DNA of 64,000 nucleotides, from contig CAWCAG010000005.1 in assembly GCA_963793425.1 (NCBI GenBank), forward strand, positions 1,248,001 through 1,312,000, given 5' to 3'. This DNA is from an uncultured cyanobacterium. Lineage in GTDB: Bacteria; Cyanobacteriota; Cyanobacteriia; Cyanobacteriales; CAWCAG01. The translations under genes and the position numbers were made by a program. Under the pieces are notes generated by a model, which had not been told where the DNA came from, searched no databases, and saw only the letters and a program-made list of their open reading frames with translations. How positions within the stretch are numbered: the first letter of the stretch is position 1; every line of letters begins with the position of its first letter. Positions 1 to 9,570 of the stretch are shown here, one piece after another.

Positions 1-1
1 A

Positions 2-202
2 AGTATTGCCCAAACCGATGCTAAAGGAGACGATGCAGCAACTTTTGTCAAATCCTTAGACTTAAGTTCTCCTTTTGGTTCTCCTCCTTGTCTTGATAGC
101 AAAAATATTAATGGTTCCTTAGTTGTAGATTTGGGTTCAACTCTTTCTAACAGCAATCCTCGCAATGTTGGTTCAGTAAGTTTTCGAGTTAAGGTTAATT
201 AA
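2..202 (+). CDS. 3' end of a protein running in from the left edge, resembling the C-terminus of cyanobacterial DUF11/conserved-repeat surface proteins
   Basis: Frame 2 is open from base 2 to TAA at 200-202: ...PPCLDSKNINGSLVVDLGSTLSNSNPRNVGSVSFRVKVN*. The family call is by recall of the 'VVVxLG...G.v.FRVKV' ending. Confidence 0.5.
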   Translation, partial: SIAQTDAKGDDAATFVKSLDLSSPFGSPPCLDSKNINGSLVVDLGSTLSNSNPRNVGSVSFRVKVN

Positions 203-228
203 AATAAGTTGCAGCCGAAGAGATAATT

Positions 229-1059
229 ATGGTTGATTTAGAAAACAACAGTAAGCAAGAAGAATCTTTACTGTTTTTACATATTCCTAAAGCAGGTGGT
301 TCGACTCTAACAACAATTCTTGATAAGCAATATCAGAAACAAGAAGTATATAAAATTCGTGAACTTAAAGACCTAGATATTCTTAACAATGCTGATAAGA
401 AGAGTAAAAACCAGTTTAAAGTAATTACTGGACATTTTCCTTTTGGCTTGCATGAAGACTTGCTTCAAAAGTGTAGCTATATAACTATGCTACGGGAACC
501 CACAGAACGTCTAATTTCTCTCTATTACTATATTCGTAGTTCTGTTGAACATCGCTTACACCAGCAAATAGTATCTAAGCAAATGACCTTAGAAGAATTT
601 GTTAGTAGTGGCATACTAGAAACAACTGATAATTGTCAAACTAGATTAATATCTGGGCAAATGGAAGTTGAATTTGGTTGTGCTTCCCAAGAAATGTTAG
701 CAATGGCTAAAGATAATCTTCAAAAGATGGCAGTAGTAGGAATTTTAGAGAATTTTGACGAAACTTTGGTCTTAATAAAAAAAAATTTGGGCTGGCAAGA
801 TATTTTTTACACAAAGAAGAATATCACTAGAAGTCGTCTTTCTCAACAAGAAATACCTCAATCTACTCTGAAAGTTATAGAAGAATACAGTCAGTTAGAT
901 CGAGAGCTTTACAATTATGCCAAAGGCATTTTAAAGCAACAAATTGCTAAAGAACAACCCTCTTTTGCTCTGGAGCTATCAACTTTCAAGTTACTTAACA
1001 GAAGTCATAAAATGTATTTTGATCTAAAGGCAAAAACAAAATCTCTAGTTCGCGGCTAA
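229..1059 (+). CDS. Sulfotransferase family 2 protein
   Basis: FLHIPKAGGST (5'-PSB loop), GHF, TMLREPTERLISLYYY (3'-PB motif). Confidence 0.9.
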   Translation: MVDLENNSKQEESLLFLHIPKAGGSTLTTILDKQYQKQEVYKIRELKDLDILNNADKKSKNQFKVITGHFPFGLHEDLLQKCSYITMLREPTERLISLYYYIRSSVEHRLHQQIVSKQMTLEEFVSSGILETTDNCQTRLISGQMEVEFGCASQEMLAMAKDNLQKMAVVGILENFDETLVLIKKNLGWQDIFYTKKNITRSRLSQQEIPQSTLKVIEEYSQLDRELYNYAKGILKQQIAKEQPSFALELSTFKLLNRSHKMYFDLKAKTKSLVRG

Positions 1060-1083
1060 ACAGATATTTATTACTTTCTTAAT

Positions 1084-2344
1084 TCAATTTGCCACTACCG
1101 CAGAACTCTTTTTGTCAGTAACCTTTTTACTCAAAACATCCTCATATAACTGAATATAACGCTTTGTTTGTAACCTTAAAGAATATTCTGCAACAGCAAT
1201 ATGGCGACAATTCCCACTTAAATTAGTTTGCAAATCACTATTTTCTAAAACTGTGGTTATATTTCGGCACAAGTCCTGAGCATCTTCTGGATTTGCTAGA
1301 TAGCCTGTAACCCCAGTTCTTACTAATTCAGAAACACCACCAACATCAAAAGAAACTAAAGGTGTACCGCAAGCCATACTCTCTTGTAATACTAAAGGTA
1401 AATTATCATGGCGAGTAGGCAAAACAAATACATCGGCTGCGGAATAGGCGATCGCTTTTTCTAGTTCACTGGTTAAATAACCGAGATTAAAACTTTTTAA
1501 ACCAAATTCTTCTGAGGAAAAATCACCTTGATTCCCCATTGTCAAAACAATAGTTTCAGCCTTTAAAGCTTCTGGCAAATTTTGTAGTGCTTTTAATAAT
1601 AGTTCTCCCCCTTTAATAGGATTCTTTAAATCTTGCACCCCAAACATCAATACTTTTTTATCTTGGGGTATGTCAAGTTTAAACCGACATTCTTCTTTAC
1701 TTAAAGGAGAGTAAATTTCGGTATTAATTCCATTAGGAATATGCTGAATAGGAAAGCGATTGAGCATACTTTGTTTGGCTTGACTTGCTAACCACTTACT
1801 TGGGGTAACTATGGTTAATTTAGAAAGACGGTAAACTAATTTTTTGAGTTGCCATTCCCAATTAGTATTATCTTTTTTAACAGCAGGATAGCTATCTAAA
1901 TGGGGACATTTACCACAACCAGTTTTCCAGCGATCGCAGCCATAACTATAAGCACAATGTCCTGTGAAACTCCACATATCATGGAGAGTAAATACAGCAG
2001 GTTTGTTTAAGTTGAGTAAGGGCAGGGCTAAATAAGAGAATTTGCCACTATGGAGGTTATGAAAGTTGAGAAGATCTCGCTTGTTTGTAAAAGTTGTGTT
2101 TAGGAATAACAAATGAACCAACAAATTGTAAGTAATTTAAACCTAAAGATTCAGTAAAAGGGGCAATTCTTGCTTCCCAACGCATTTTACGGGGAATAGG
2201 TGCTATGTTGCTGCTTTTTGTTTGAGGCGAGGCAACAAGAAGACGGGAATTAATACCCGTTTCTAATAATCCCTGATGTAATCTATAGCCAGCAATAGCA
2301 GCACCGCCATTAATGTCAGATTGATTAATGTGTAAAACATTCAT
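1084..2344 (-). CDS. Glycosyltransferase family 4 (WcaC-like), split by a single-base frameshift near 2077-2079
   Basis: N-part MNVLHINQSDINGGAAIAGYRLHQGL joins C-part (D)LLNFHNLH...FTLHDMWSFTGHC...DNLPLVLQESMACGTP. Removing one base from GCGAGAT gives the continuous reading FYKQADLLNFHNLH. Confidence 0.85.
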
Positions 2345-2395
2345 ATTTAGTTTTTTGCACCCTGATGTTGCCTTGGATGTTGGATGTTGAATTAT

Positions 2396-3238
2396 CTAGA
2401 TTGTGTAATTTAATTGCTTGGTTAAATCACCTGTTATACTGCGAAAGAAAGATGATGTTTCTTGCTTAAAATACTTGCGCCAATCTCCAGGAGTCCCTTT
2501 ACGATAGTGAGATAGTTGATTTTCTTCTCCTGGTTTTCTGCCACCACTAAGTTTTTTAAAAGAGTAATCCTGGAGTAAATTCAATAAAGTATCTTCTGGC
2601 AGAGGAATGTCTAAATGAGCAAACAATTTTTGCCAAGTTACAAGATTATTTGTTCCGGTGATATCTTCATATTTAATCAATTGCAAATTAGCATCCTGAT
2701 TCTGGGCTTCCTGCCAAGATTTTAGAGTCTGGAAAATTCCATAACGGTTTAGATATTTGATGCAATAAATTAATCCTTCTTCTAAAGATAAAGAGTTAAG
2801 CTTATCTCTATGAACCTTTACCAATGCCATCTCTGCATGAGAATATTTCATAGAAAAATACCAAGAAACCACAATATCCCTCGGATCACGGCTTATAAAA
2901 AAGGCTTTATATTGTTTTGGCTTAGGGATAGATTGAAAGCTCACAAAATCTAAATATAAAGGGCTAACTATAGTCCTTGTAGGTAAAGAAAACTGAATAC
3001 TTTTTTCGTGTAAGTTTCTCGGATCAAAACCCTGGGGTAGATTATGCTCGTAGTTATAGCTTACTAAGCCAGAATATTTATATACCCTGGGGTCAGATAA
3101 TATTGATTTGACCCATTGACTAGCTGTTTTCTGAACACAACAATGATAAATGTTATCTGGGACAGCTTTGTGTCTAACATCAAATCTGATTAAAGCCTTT
3201 TTAATGTTCTTTTTGAGGTTGGTTTTTAAGTTGATCAT
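2396..3238 (-). CDS. Sulfotransferase domain protein
   Basis: QKTASQW PSB-like loop, RDPRDIVVSWYFS, KYED, HYRKGTPGDWR. Confidence 0.9.
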   Translation of the reverse strand: MINLKTNLKKNIKKALIRFDVRHKAVPDNIYHCCVQKTASQWVKSILSDPRVYKYSGLVSYNYEHNLPQGFDPRNLHEKSIQFSLPTRTIVSPLYLDFVSFQSIPKPKQYKAFFISRDPRDIVVSWYFSMKYSHAEMALVKVHRDKLNSLSLEEGLIYCIKYLNRYGIFQTLKSWQEAQNQDANLQLIKYEDITGTNNLVTWQKLFAHLDIPLPEDTLLNLLQDYSFKKLSGGRKPGEENQLSHYRKGTPGDWRKYFKQETSSFFRSITGDLTKQLNYTI

Positions 3239-3451
3239 TTTACTACCATACTAATAGCTAAAAAGCATTTACTAGATTATTCAGCTAATTCAAAGATGCT
3301 TTCCTTAAAGCAGAATGTCTTTCAAAAAAACAGAATAAAATGGCTGAATTTAATCCAGTCTGTTTGTAGCAATTAAATAATACTTCTTCCCAAGCTTTGT
3401 TAATTCAGGAAAGGTTATTTATTTAATAGTTGTAGATGCAACCAACGTTTC

Positions 3452-4402
3452 TTATGGATTAAGATCGTAGCCTATTTTTTGAGAGATTTTCTCTATCCGA
3501 GGAAATATTGCTTCAATCTGCTTATAGTTATTGCTCTTCCACTTAATTGGATCAGGTTTAGATATAGCAGTAGGACTTATCGGTGGAGCTTTTGTATAGT
3601 TTTTAACTCTACTATTGAGCTTTAAATTAAAATACTTAGCTAAATCTTCAATCACTCCCTCAAAGTTTTCTAGCAAATCTTCATAACGAACCCATTTCAC
3701 ATCTTGCGATCGCCCTTGAAAAAAGTTTAAAGGATATTCAATATGTTGTTGCCAACTCCAAGCACAAATTTGTGCTAAAGGTTGATCAATAACTGTTTGC
3801 CAATCAGGAGGAGCAGGATAAGACCAATGCTCTATTTTTGCTGTACTATCTTGTTGAATAATAGGGGTTAACTGAGGCTTACCAAAACGTTCTGCATATG
3901 ACCATCCTTCAAGCATACTAGCAATAGTAGCTCTAGGATCTCTAACTAAAAAAATGTATTGAGCAGTAGGAAAAGCTTTTGCCAAAAATTCTAGGTGAAA
4001 GCAATTAGCAATCGTTTTATCTAAATAGCGAATTGATTTTAAACCAAAAAGATAGTCACGGGGAGATTCTTGATGATGGTTTCTTAAATAGTTTTTTACA
4101 GAGTCTTCATAAATCCGTTTTCTTAAATTACGAATATTTTGATAAGATAACTGTTTTTTTCCTAGATAATCAGCAGGATCATCCATTTCTTCATAGGGAA
4201 AAATAGGCCACCAAATGTAATCCGCTTCACTTTGTAAAAAATAAAGCTCTTCAAACTGTTGTAAACAATGAAAAAGTAATGTCGATCCAGAACGTGGTGG
4301 CGAAATAATAAAAATTGGCTTCTGAAAACTATTATAAGGAGCAATATTTTCTATTTGCGTTTTAACTTTCCTTTTGATTTTTTGCCGTAATAAGCTGTTC
4401 AT
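3452..4402 (-). CDS. Sulfotransferase (Sulfotransfer_3 type)
   Basis: PIFIISPPRSGSTLL, LDKT, VRDPRATIAS, VRYEDL. Confidence 0.9.
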   Translation of the reverse strand: MNSLLRQKIKRKVKTQIENIAPYNSFQKPIFIISPPRSGSTLLFHCLQQFEELYFLQSEADYIWWPIFPYEEMDDPADYLGKKQLSYQNIRNLRKRIYEDSVKNYLRNHHQESPRDYLFGLKSIRYLDKTIANCFHLEFLAKAFPTAQYIFLVRDPRATIASMLEGWSYAERFGKPQLTPIIQQDSTAKIEHWSYPAPPDWQTVIDQPLAQICAWSWQQHIEYPLNFFQGRSQDVKWVRYEDLLENFEGVIEDLAKYFNLKLNSRVKNYTKAPPISPTAISKPDPIKWKSNNYKQIEAIFPRIEKISQKIGYDLNP

Positions 4403-4410
4403 TACTTAAC

Positions 4411-4525
4411 TATAGCAATTCTAAGCCACATGAGGTACATAGCTTTTCCTCATGCTCCCTGCTCCCTGCTCCCTTCTCCCTAAAGCCAGGAATTTAGTAC
4501 CTCACAAGTCGTGAGAATTGCTGTA
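4411..4525. mobile_element. MITE-like hairpin element with an STRR core
   Basis: Terminal IR TATAGCAATTC (4411-4421) / GAATTGCTGTA (4515-4525); inner IR TGAGGTAC (4431-4438) / GTACCTCA (4497-4504); (TGCTCCC)n in the loop. Confidence 0.7.
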
Positions 4526-4613
4526 ATATACTTAAAAATTGTGATTGATAGCTAACAATTCCACTCAACTACCAACCCCAAAAAACTTAATCACAAACAC
4601 AGTTTGCTTTTTT

Positions 4614-5417
4614 TTAAATAATCGATTCAGGAACTGTATACCCTAACTTTTCCAATAACTTTTTATCTTCTTTCTCTAGAAAAACTTCCCACTCTGCTTG
4701 ACCAAAACATTCTCTCCATTCTCCTGACTGACCTTTTCTGACAAAAGAATCTGCACTGTCATTGCTGTACTTTCTGCCATATTTCCTCTCAATGTTTTGC
4801 ATATGGACAAAACTAGAATTTCCTACCGCACTGGCTATTTGCTGCGAACCAACTTCAAAACCAGCAAACTCAGCCATCTTTTTGAAAGTAGAAAAAGGGT
4901 CTTCTAGTAAATCTTCATAGCGAACCAGTAAAAAATTATCTTCCTTTCTATTTCTAGCATTAAGCCAAGACTTAATATGATCAGACCAACTACCAAAAGG
5001 ACTAGTATTGTCTGCTAAGAAATCTTGCAAAGAGCAGTTTGGCGGTAAAGATTGTTTTAAGTAGTGGAAGTAAGAAATATAAACATCCCGCCCATCCCTA
5101 ACTATATAAATAACCTTGGGAAAACTAGGGTTGAAACTTTGATGGCTTTTTATCAAGCGAGGAGAGGCAAGTGCCTTTACTTCTTCACTAAGATTACTAT
5201 CATCCGGACAATAATCATGAACATTATGAAAATTAATTAAAGGTACAGAATCAGGCTTAATTAGATTAGCAAACAAAAAGCGGGCCCAGGTATTGCCAGA
5301 CTTCGGATAAGAAACAATAAAAACATCATCTGGTTTAATTATGAAAGAAGATTTTTGTTTCTTTTCCTGAAAGTTTAACTTACGTTTGACTTTTTGTTTA
5401 ATTTTTTGCAACAACAT
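4614..5417 (-). CDS. Sulfotransferase domain protein (Sulfotransfer_1, SULT-like)
   Basis: DDVFIVSYPKSGNTW, RLIKSH, IYIVRDGRDVYISY, VRYEDL, FVRKGQSGEW. Confidence 0.92.
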   Translation of the reverse strand: MLLQKIKQKVKRKLNFQEKKQKSSFIIKPDDVFIVSYPKSGNTWARFLFANLIKPDSVPLINFHNVHDYCPDDSNLSEEVKALASPRLIKSHQSFNPSFPKVIYIVRDGRDVYISYFHYLKQSLPPNCSLQDFLADNTSPFGSWSDHIKSWLNARNRKEDNFLLVRYEDLLEDPFSTFKKMAEFAGFEVGSQQIASAVGNSSFVHMQNIERKYGRKYSNDSADSFVRKGQSGEWRECFGQAEWEVFLEKEDKKLLEKLGYTVPESII

Positions 5418-5780
5418 AGTAATGCTACCTTCTTAAGATAAATTAGCCATTGGTAAACTAGATGAATACTAAAAGCAAAGCAACTTGTTTATTGTTCCCC
5501 CAAATCACTTTTAAATGCTGAAAGTAACCACTAAATTAAGAATTTAATTCATTCCTCAATTTTTTTCTCTAGATCAATGAAAAATCTTGTTTATTATATA
5601 ACAAGCTTCTTATTTTTAATGTTTAGCTTTTGTGGTCAAGAAACAAAATACTTGAACGGCCACTTTTGATACCCCTCTAACATCCCATTCTGTCACCCTC
5701 TTCTCTATAATTAATAAAGTAAGACTAAGGTTAGCGAGTCCACCTGCAAGAGTTTTAAAAGAGGGAGAGATTGCCTATCT

Positions 5781-6965
5781 ATGGCACAAATTGAAACTAG
5801 AACCGAACCCATGATACTTAACATGGGTCCTCATCACCCCTCGATGCACGGTGTTTTACGATTAATCGTCACCCTAGATGGGGAAGATGTCATTGATTGT
5901 GAACCTGTCATCGGCTATCTGCATAGAGGGATGGAGAAAATTGCCGAAAATCGCACGAATGTTATGTACGTTCCTTATGTTAGTCGTTGGGACTACGCAG
6001 CAGGAATGTTCAACGAAGCAATTACTGTTAATGCTCCAGAACAGTTAGCAGATATTGAAGTTCCTAAACGCGCCCAATATATTCGCGTGATTATGTTGGA
6101 ACTCAACCGTATTGCCAACCATTTATTATGGCTTGGCCCTTTTATGGCTGATGTTGGGGCGCAAACTCCCTTTTTCTACATTTTCCGGGAACGGGAGATG
6201 ATTTATGATTTATGGGAAGCTGCCACCGGACAGCGACTAATCAACAACAACTATTTCCGTATTGGTGGAGTTGCTGTAGATTTACCCTATGGTTGGATCG
6301 ATAAGTGCGAAGACTTCTGCGACTACTTCGATGAAAAAGTTGATGAGTATGAGAAGTTAATCACAAATAACCCCATATTCCGTCGCCGTCTTGAAGGTGT
6401 AGGAACTATAACTCGTGATGAAGCTATCAACTGGGGACTTTCTGGCCCTATGTTGCGGGCTTCTGGGGTTAAGTGGGATTTGCGTAAAGTTGACCACTAC
6501 GAATGCTACGATGACTTTGATTGGGAAGTTCATTGGGACACTGGTGGAGACTGCTTTGCCCGTTACATCGTTAGAATTCGAGAAATGCGCGAGTCAGTGA
6601 AAATTATTCGTCAGGCCCTCAAAGGATTACCAGGAGGCCCCTACGAAAACTTAGAAGCAAAGCGTATGGCAGAAGGAAAGAAGTCAAAATGGAACGACTT
6701 TGAGTACCAATATATTGCCAAAAAAGTTGCCCCTACTTTCAAAATTCCTGAAGGCGAACATTATGTACGCTTAGAAAGCGGCAAGGGTGAACTAGGAATC
6801 TTTATTGTTGGCCAGGATAACGTCTTTCCTTGGCGTTGGAAAATTCGTGCGCCAGATTTCAATAATCTGCAAATCTTACCTAAACTTTTAAAAGGGGTCA
6901 AGGTAGCAGATATTATGGCTATTTTGGGTAGCATAGACGTGATTATGGGTTCGGTAGATCGTTAG
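5781..6965 (+). CDS. ndhH: NAD(P)H-quinone oxidoreductase subunit H
   Basis: [15 protein letters not shown]...[12 protein letters not shown]...[14 protein letters not shown]; 394 aa. Confidence 0.99.
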   Translation: MAQIETRTEPMILNMGPHHPSMHGVLRLIVTLDGEDVIDCEPVIGYLHRGMEKIAENRTNVMYVPYVSRWDYAAGMFNEAITVNAPEQLADIEVPKRAQYIRVIMLELNRIANHLLWLGPFMADVGAQTPFFYIFREREMIYDLWEAATGQRLINNNYFRIGGVAVDLPYGWIDKCEDFCDYFDEKVDEYEKLITNNPIFRRRLEGVGTITRDEAINWGLSGPMLRASGVKWDLRKVDHYECYDDFDWEVHWDTGGDCFARYIVRIREMRESVKIIRQALKGLPGGPYENLEAKRMAEGKKSKWNDFEYQYIAKKVAPTFKIPEGEHYVRLESGKGELGIFIVGQDNVFPWRWKIRAPDFNNLQILPKLLKGVKVADIMAILGSIDVIMGSVDR

Positions 6966-7007
6966 AACAAATATAAACTAATATTTTCCGATACCTTAGA
7001 AGTTAAT

Positions 7008-7030
7008 GCGGGTGGGCTATGCCCGCCTTT
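7008..7030 (+). terminator. Probable hairpin terminator after ndhH
   Basis: GCGGG-tgggctatg-CCCGC followed by CTTT. Confidence 0.45.
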
Positions 7031-7128
7031 AATCACTTTAATGCTCCAAAATTTACACCAATCATTACCCATATTTAACATTTTGTGTTACTATAATTAA
7101 CTGTGCGGTTACGCTTTTGAAACTTAAC

Positions 7129-7200
7129 GGGTCGCTAGCTCAACGGTAGAGTACTCGGCTTTTAACCGATTTGTTCTGGGTTCAAATCCCAGGCGACCCA
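7129..7200 (+). tRNA. trnK: tRNA-Lys (anticodon TTT)
   Basis: Acceptor stem GGGTCGC/GCGACCC+A, D-arm AGCTCAACGGTAGAGT, anticodon loop CT-TTT-AA, T-loop GTTCAAATC. TATAAT lies upstream at 7092-7097. Confidence 0.97.
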
Positions 7201-7213
7201 TAAAATCTGAATC

Positions 7214-7243
7214 TGCTTCTAAAACTATTTATTCTTAGAAGCA
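7214..7243. terminator. Hairpin downstream of tRNA-Lys
   Basis: TGCTTCTAA / TTAGAAGCA 9-bp perfect inverted repeat. Confidence 0.5.
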
Positions 7244-7259
7244 AAATTGGTATAACCTT

Positions 7260-7301
7260 GTATATAGCTGTACCAAAGGGGTTTGCTCTGTTGTCTAGAT
7301 T
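7260..7301 (+). promoter_or_regulatory. Candidate NtcA-activated promoter
   Basis: GTA-TATAGCTG-TAC (7260-7273), 22-nt spacer, TAGATT (TAN3T, 7296-7301), upstream of the YbjN gene. Confidence 0.4.
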
Positions 7302-7438
7302 TGAGTTATCTTTGGCTTGTTTACAAATATATGTTTGCTCCAAAAATTTCACCTAACTTAGTACCAAAACAGCTAAGTTAAATAATGAAAGAATCTTGCA
7401 GCAACCACTTAATATACGCTAATGGAGAAAAGTTCCCC

Positions 7439-7945
7439 ATGAACAAACCTAACCTAAGTACAGAAAGCCTTACCGACGGTACTATATCCGCAGAAGAAGC
7501 CCTAGCTAATGAAGTACTACTAGAAGAGGGTATAGCTGCTACCCATGCTGAAGTAATTGAAACTGTTATTTCTAGTCTAGAGCAAGATGATAGTGCCATG
7601 GTGAGCAAAAATGAAAATGGTCACCTCTGGAAATTTAAGTATGGCTCTGTAGAGGTGTTTGTAAGGCTGACCGGAGAGACTGAAGAAGATTTACTTACGG
7701 TTTGGTCATCGGTACTAAACTTGCCAGTTAAAGACGAAAGCGGCTTGATGCGTAAACTTTTAGAAATGAACTGGTCAGAAACATTTGAATCCTGTTTTGG
7801 TCTGGTTGATAATCAAGTTGTAGTGCTTTTTCAGCGAACAGTAGCAGAACTTTCACCAGGAGAAATCTCCCGCGCAATTACTGTAGTAGCAACAATTGCT
7901 GATGATAATGATGACATTCTTAAAGAACAGTTTGGTACAGCTTAA
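7439..7945 (+). CDS. YbjN domain-containing protein (start could be 7385)
   Basis: LWKFKYGSVEVFV...LMRKLLEMNW...LSPGEISRAITVVATIADDNDD, a conserved cyanobacterial YbjN-type protein. Confidence 0.8.
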   Translation: MNKPNLSTESLTDGTISAEEALANEVLLEEGIAATHAEVIETVISSLEQDDSAMVSKNENGHLWKFKYGSVEVFVRLTGETEEDLLTVWSSVLNLPVKDESGLMRKLLEMNWSETFESCFGLVDNQVVVLFQRTVAELSPGEISRAITVVATIADDNDDILKEQFGTA

Positions 7946-8017
7946 ATAAATTATTGCTGGAGAAAATAATAGTATAAAAGTACCAAATATTATCTCCAAA
8001 GATCATTTGTTGAGAAA

Positions 8018-8842
8018 ATGTATCAACCTAAACCTCCCCGCCCGCCTCAAGAAGTGCTGCCAACCATGTATGATCTCCCTAGCGAAGAGATAGGAGAATC
8101 AGGTTTGCCAGACGAATTTCATCGCCTTCAAGGGGATTTACTTAGCCAAACCTGTTTTCCTGTTAACCAACCGCTAGAGGAAGTCTTTGTTGCCAGCGAC
8201 CTCAATCTTTATTATGATTCTCAGCACACTCTCTGGTATAAACGTCCTGACTGGTTTGTGGTAACAGGAGTACCACGCTATGAACAGCAGGGTGAACTGC
8301 GTCTGAGTTACGTTACTTGGCAAGAAGGAAGAAACCCTTTATTCGTGGTAGAATTGCTTTCTCCTGGCACTGAAGCAGAAGATTTAGGGCAAACTTCGCA
8401 GCAAGTAGATCAACCTCCCACTAAATGGGAAGTTTATGAACGTATTTTGAGAATTCCTTACTATGTGGTTTATGATCGCTATGAAAATCGGTTACAGGCT
8501 TTTCGCTTGGAGGGAACTAGTTATCAACCCTTACTTCTGCCTGAGAGGAAACTATGGTTGGAAGAGTTGGGTTTAGGCTTAGGGTTATGGCAAGGTAGCT
8601 TTGCTGGAACTACAGGGTTGTGGTTACGGTGGTATGATCCTCAGAGGGGTTGGATAGCTACTCCAGCAGAAAGGTCACAACAAGAACACCAACGGGCTGA
8701 ACAAGAATACCAAAGGGCTGAACAAGCAGAATCAGCTTTAGGAAAAGCCATTAACCAGATGTTAGCAACAGGATTGAGTTTAGAGCAAGTAGCAGAAGCT
8801 TTAAACCTATCTGTGGCAAAAGTACAGCAGTACAGCAGCTAA
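8018..8842 (+). CDS. Uma2 family (DUF820) PD-(D/E)XK endonuclease-like protein
   Basis: LPTMYDLPSE, RPDWFVV, VVELLSPGT, KWEVYE, QRAEQE coiled tail. Confidence 0.9.
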   Translation: MYQPKPPRPPQEVLPTMYDLPSEEIGESGLPDEFHRLQGDLLSQTCFPVNQPLEEVFVASDLNLYYDSQHTLWYKRPDWFVVTGVPRYEQQGELRLSYVTWQEGRNPLFVVELLSPGTEAEDLGQTSQQVDQPPTKWEVYERILRIPYYVVYDRYENRLQAFRLEGTSYQPLLLPERKLWLEELGLGLGLWQGSFAGTTGLWLRWYDPQRGWIATPAERSQQEHQRAEQEYQRAEQAESALGKAINQMLATGLSLEQVAEALNLSVAKVQQYSS

Positions 8843-9507
8843 AGAAATAAAGAGGGGATCGCCTTTTGTAAAACTTGTAACCCCTTTAGAGAACCGCGAA
8901 TTAACCTCATAGCAGCTAAAGGTTGGTGTAACATAGCTAGAGTTAGAGGTAAGGGAAGCAATTTTCCTTTAGGGCTAATTGCCCCTGTTAAGTTGGGTAA
9001 ATTCTGGCGACAATCATCACTCACCACTCGCAACATAGCTACCTTAGTTGGCAAACTTTTCAAAACCGCAAAACCCTCCATATCCACTACCGCAGCTTGA
9101 GATGATATACCCAGTTGCTGTTTCTCCTTAGCTGAAGAAATGGCGCGATCGCTAGTTACACTCTTTACTAAAGGAACTTGCTTACCTAATCTTTGCCTTA
9201 GCTGAGTAGTTAAGGGGCGATCGCAACTTTTTGTCTGCCAGTGAGACTCTTCGCTGCAATAAAGACATTCTTGATAAAAAACCAAATCCCCTACTTGATA
9301 ATCAGGTAACAAGCTGCCACAAAGTCCTACCAATAAAACCTCTTCTGGCAAAACGTGATTTTGTTGCCATTGTTGTAAACAAGTAGTGACAGGAATAATA
9401 CCAATCGGAATAGATAAAACCAATGGTTGAGGAGAAATCCCCTTTAAACCTCGGCAAACAGCTTGATATTCTGTCCCTTGCGGTACAAGTATAGTCTCTA
9501 TAGTCAT
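8839..9507 (-). CDS. Nucleoside phosphorylase-family protein
   Basis: GLCGSL, VGDLV, VVDMEG, LRVVSDD. Confidence 0.8.
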   Translation of the reverse strand: MTIETILVPQGTEYQAVCRGLKGISPQPLVLSIPIGIIPVTTCLQQWQQNHVLPEEVLLVGLCGSLLPDYQVGDLVFYQECLYCSEESHWQTKSCDRPLTTQLRQRLGKQVPLVKSVTSDRAISSAKEKQQLGISSQAAVVDMEGFAVLKSLPTKVAMLRVVSDDCRQNLPNLTGAISPKGKLLPLPLTLAMLHQPLAAMRLIRGSLKGLQVLQKAIPSLFL

Positions 9508-9508
9508 A

Positions 9509-9540
9509 CAAAAAAAAGGGAGTCGTAAAACACCCTTTAA
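9509..9540 (-). terminator. Intrinsic terminator of the PEP-CTERM gene
   Basis: Minus strand reads GGGTGT-TTTACG-ACTCCCC followed by a long T run. Confidence 0.6.
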
Positions 9541-9570
9541 CCCTGATATGTTGTCAAACTTGAAAAACTT

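Noticed and set aside
7129..7200. tRNA-Lys as an integration site, or as a functional partner of the PARIS-like effector
   Set aside because: No integrase and no duplicated tRNA 3' end was seen; it lies 25 kb from DUF4435 in a housekeeping context
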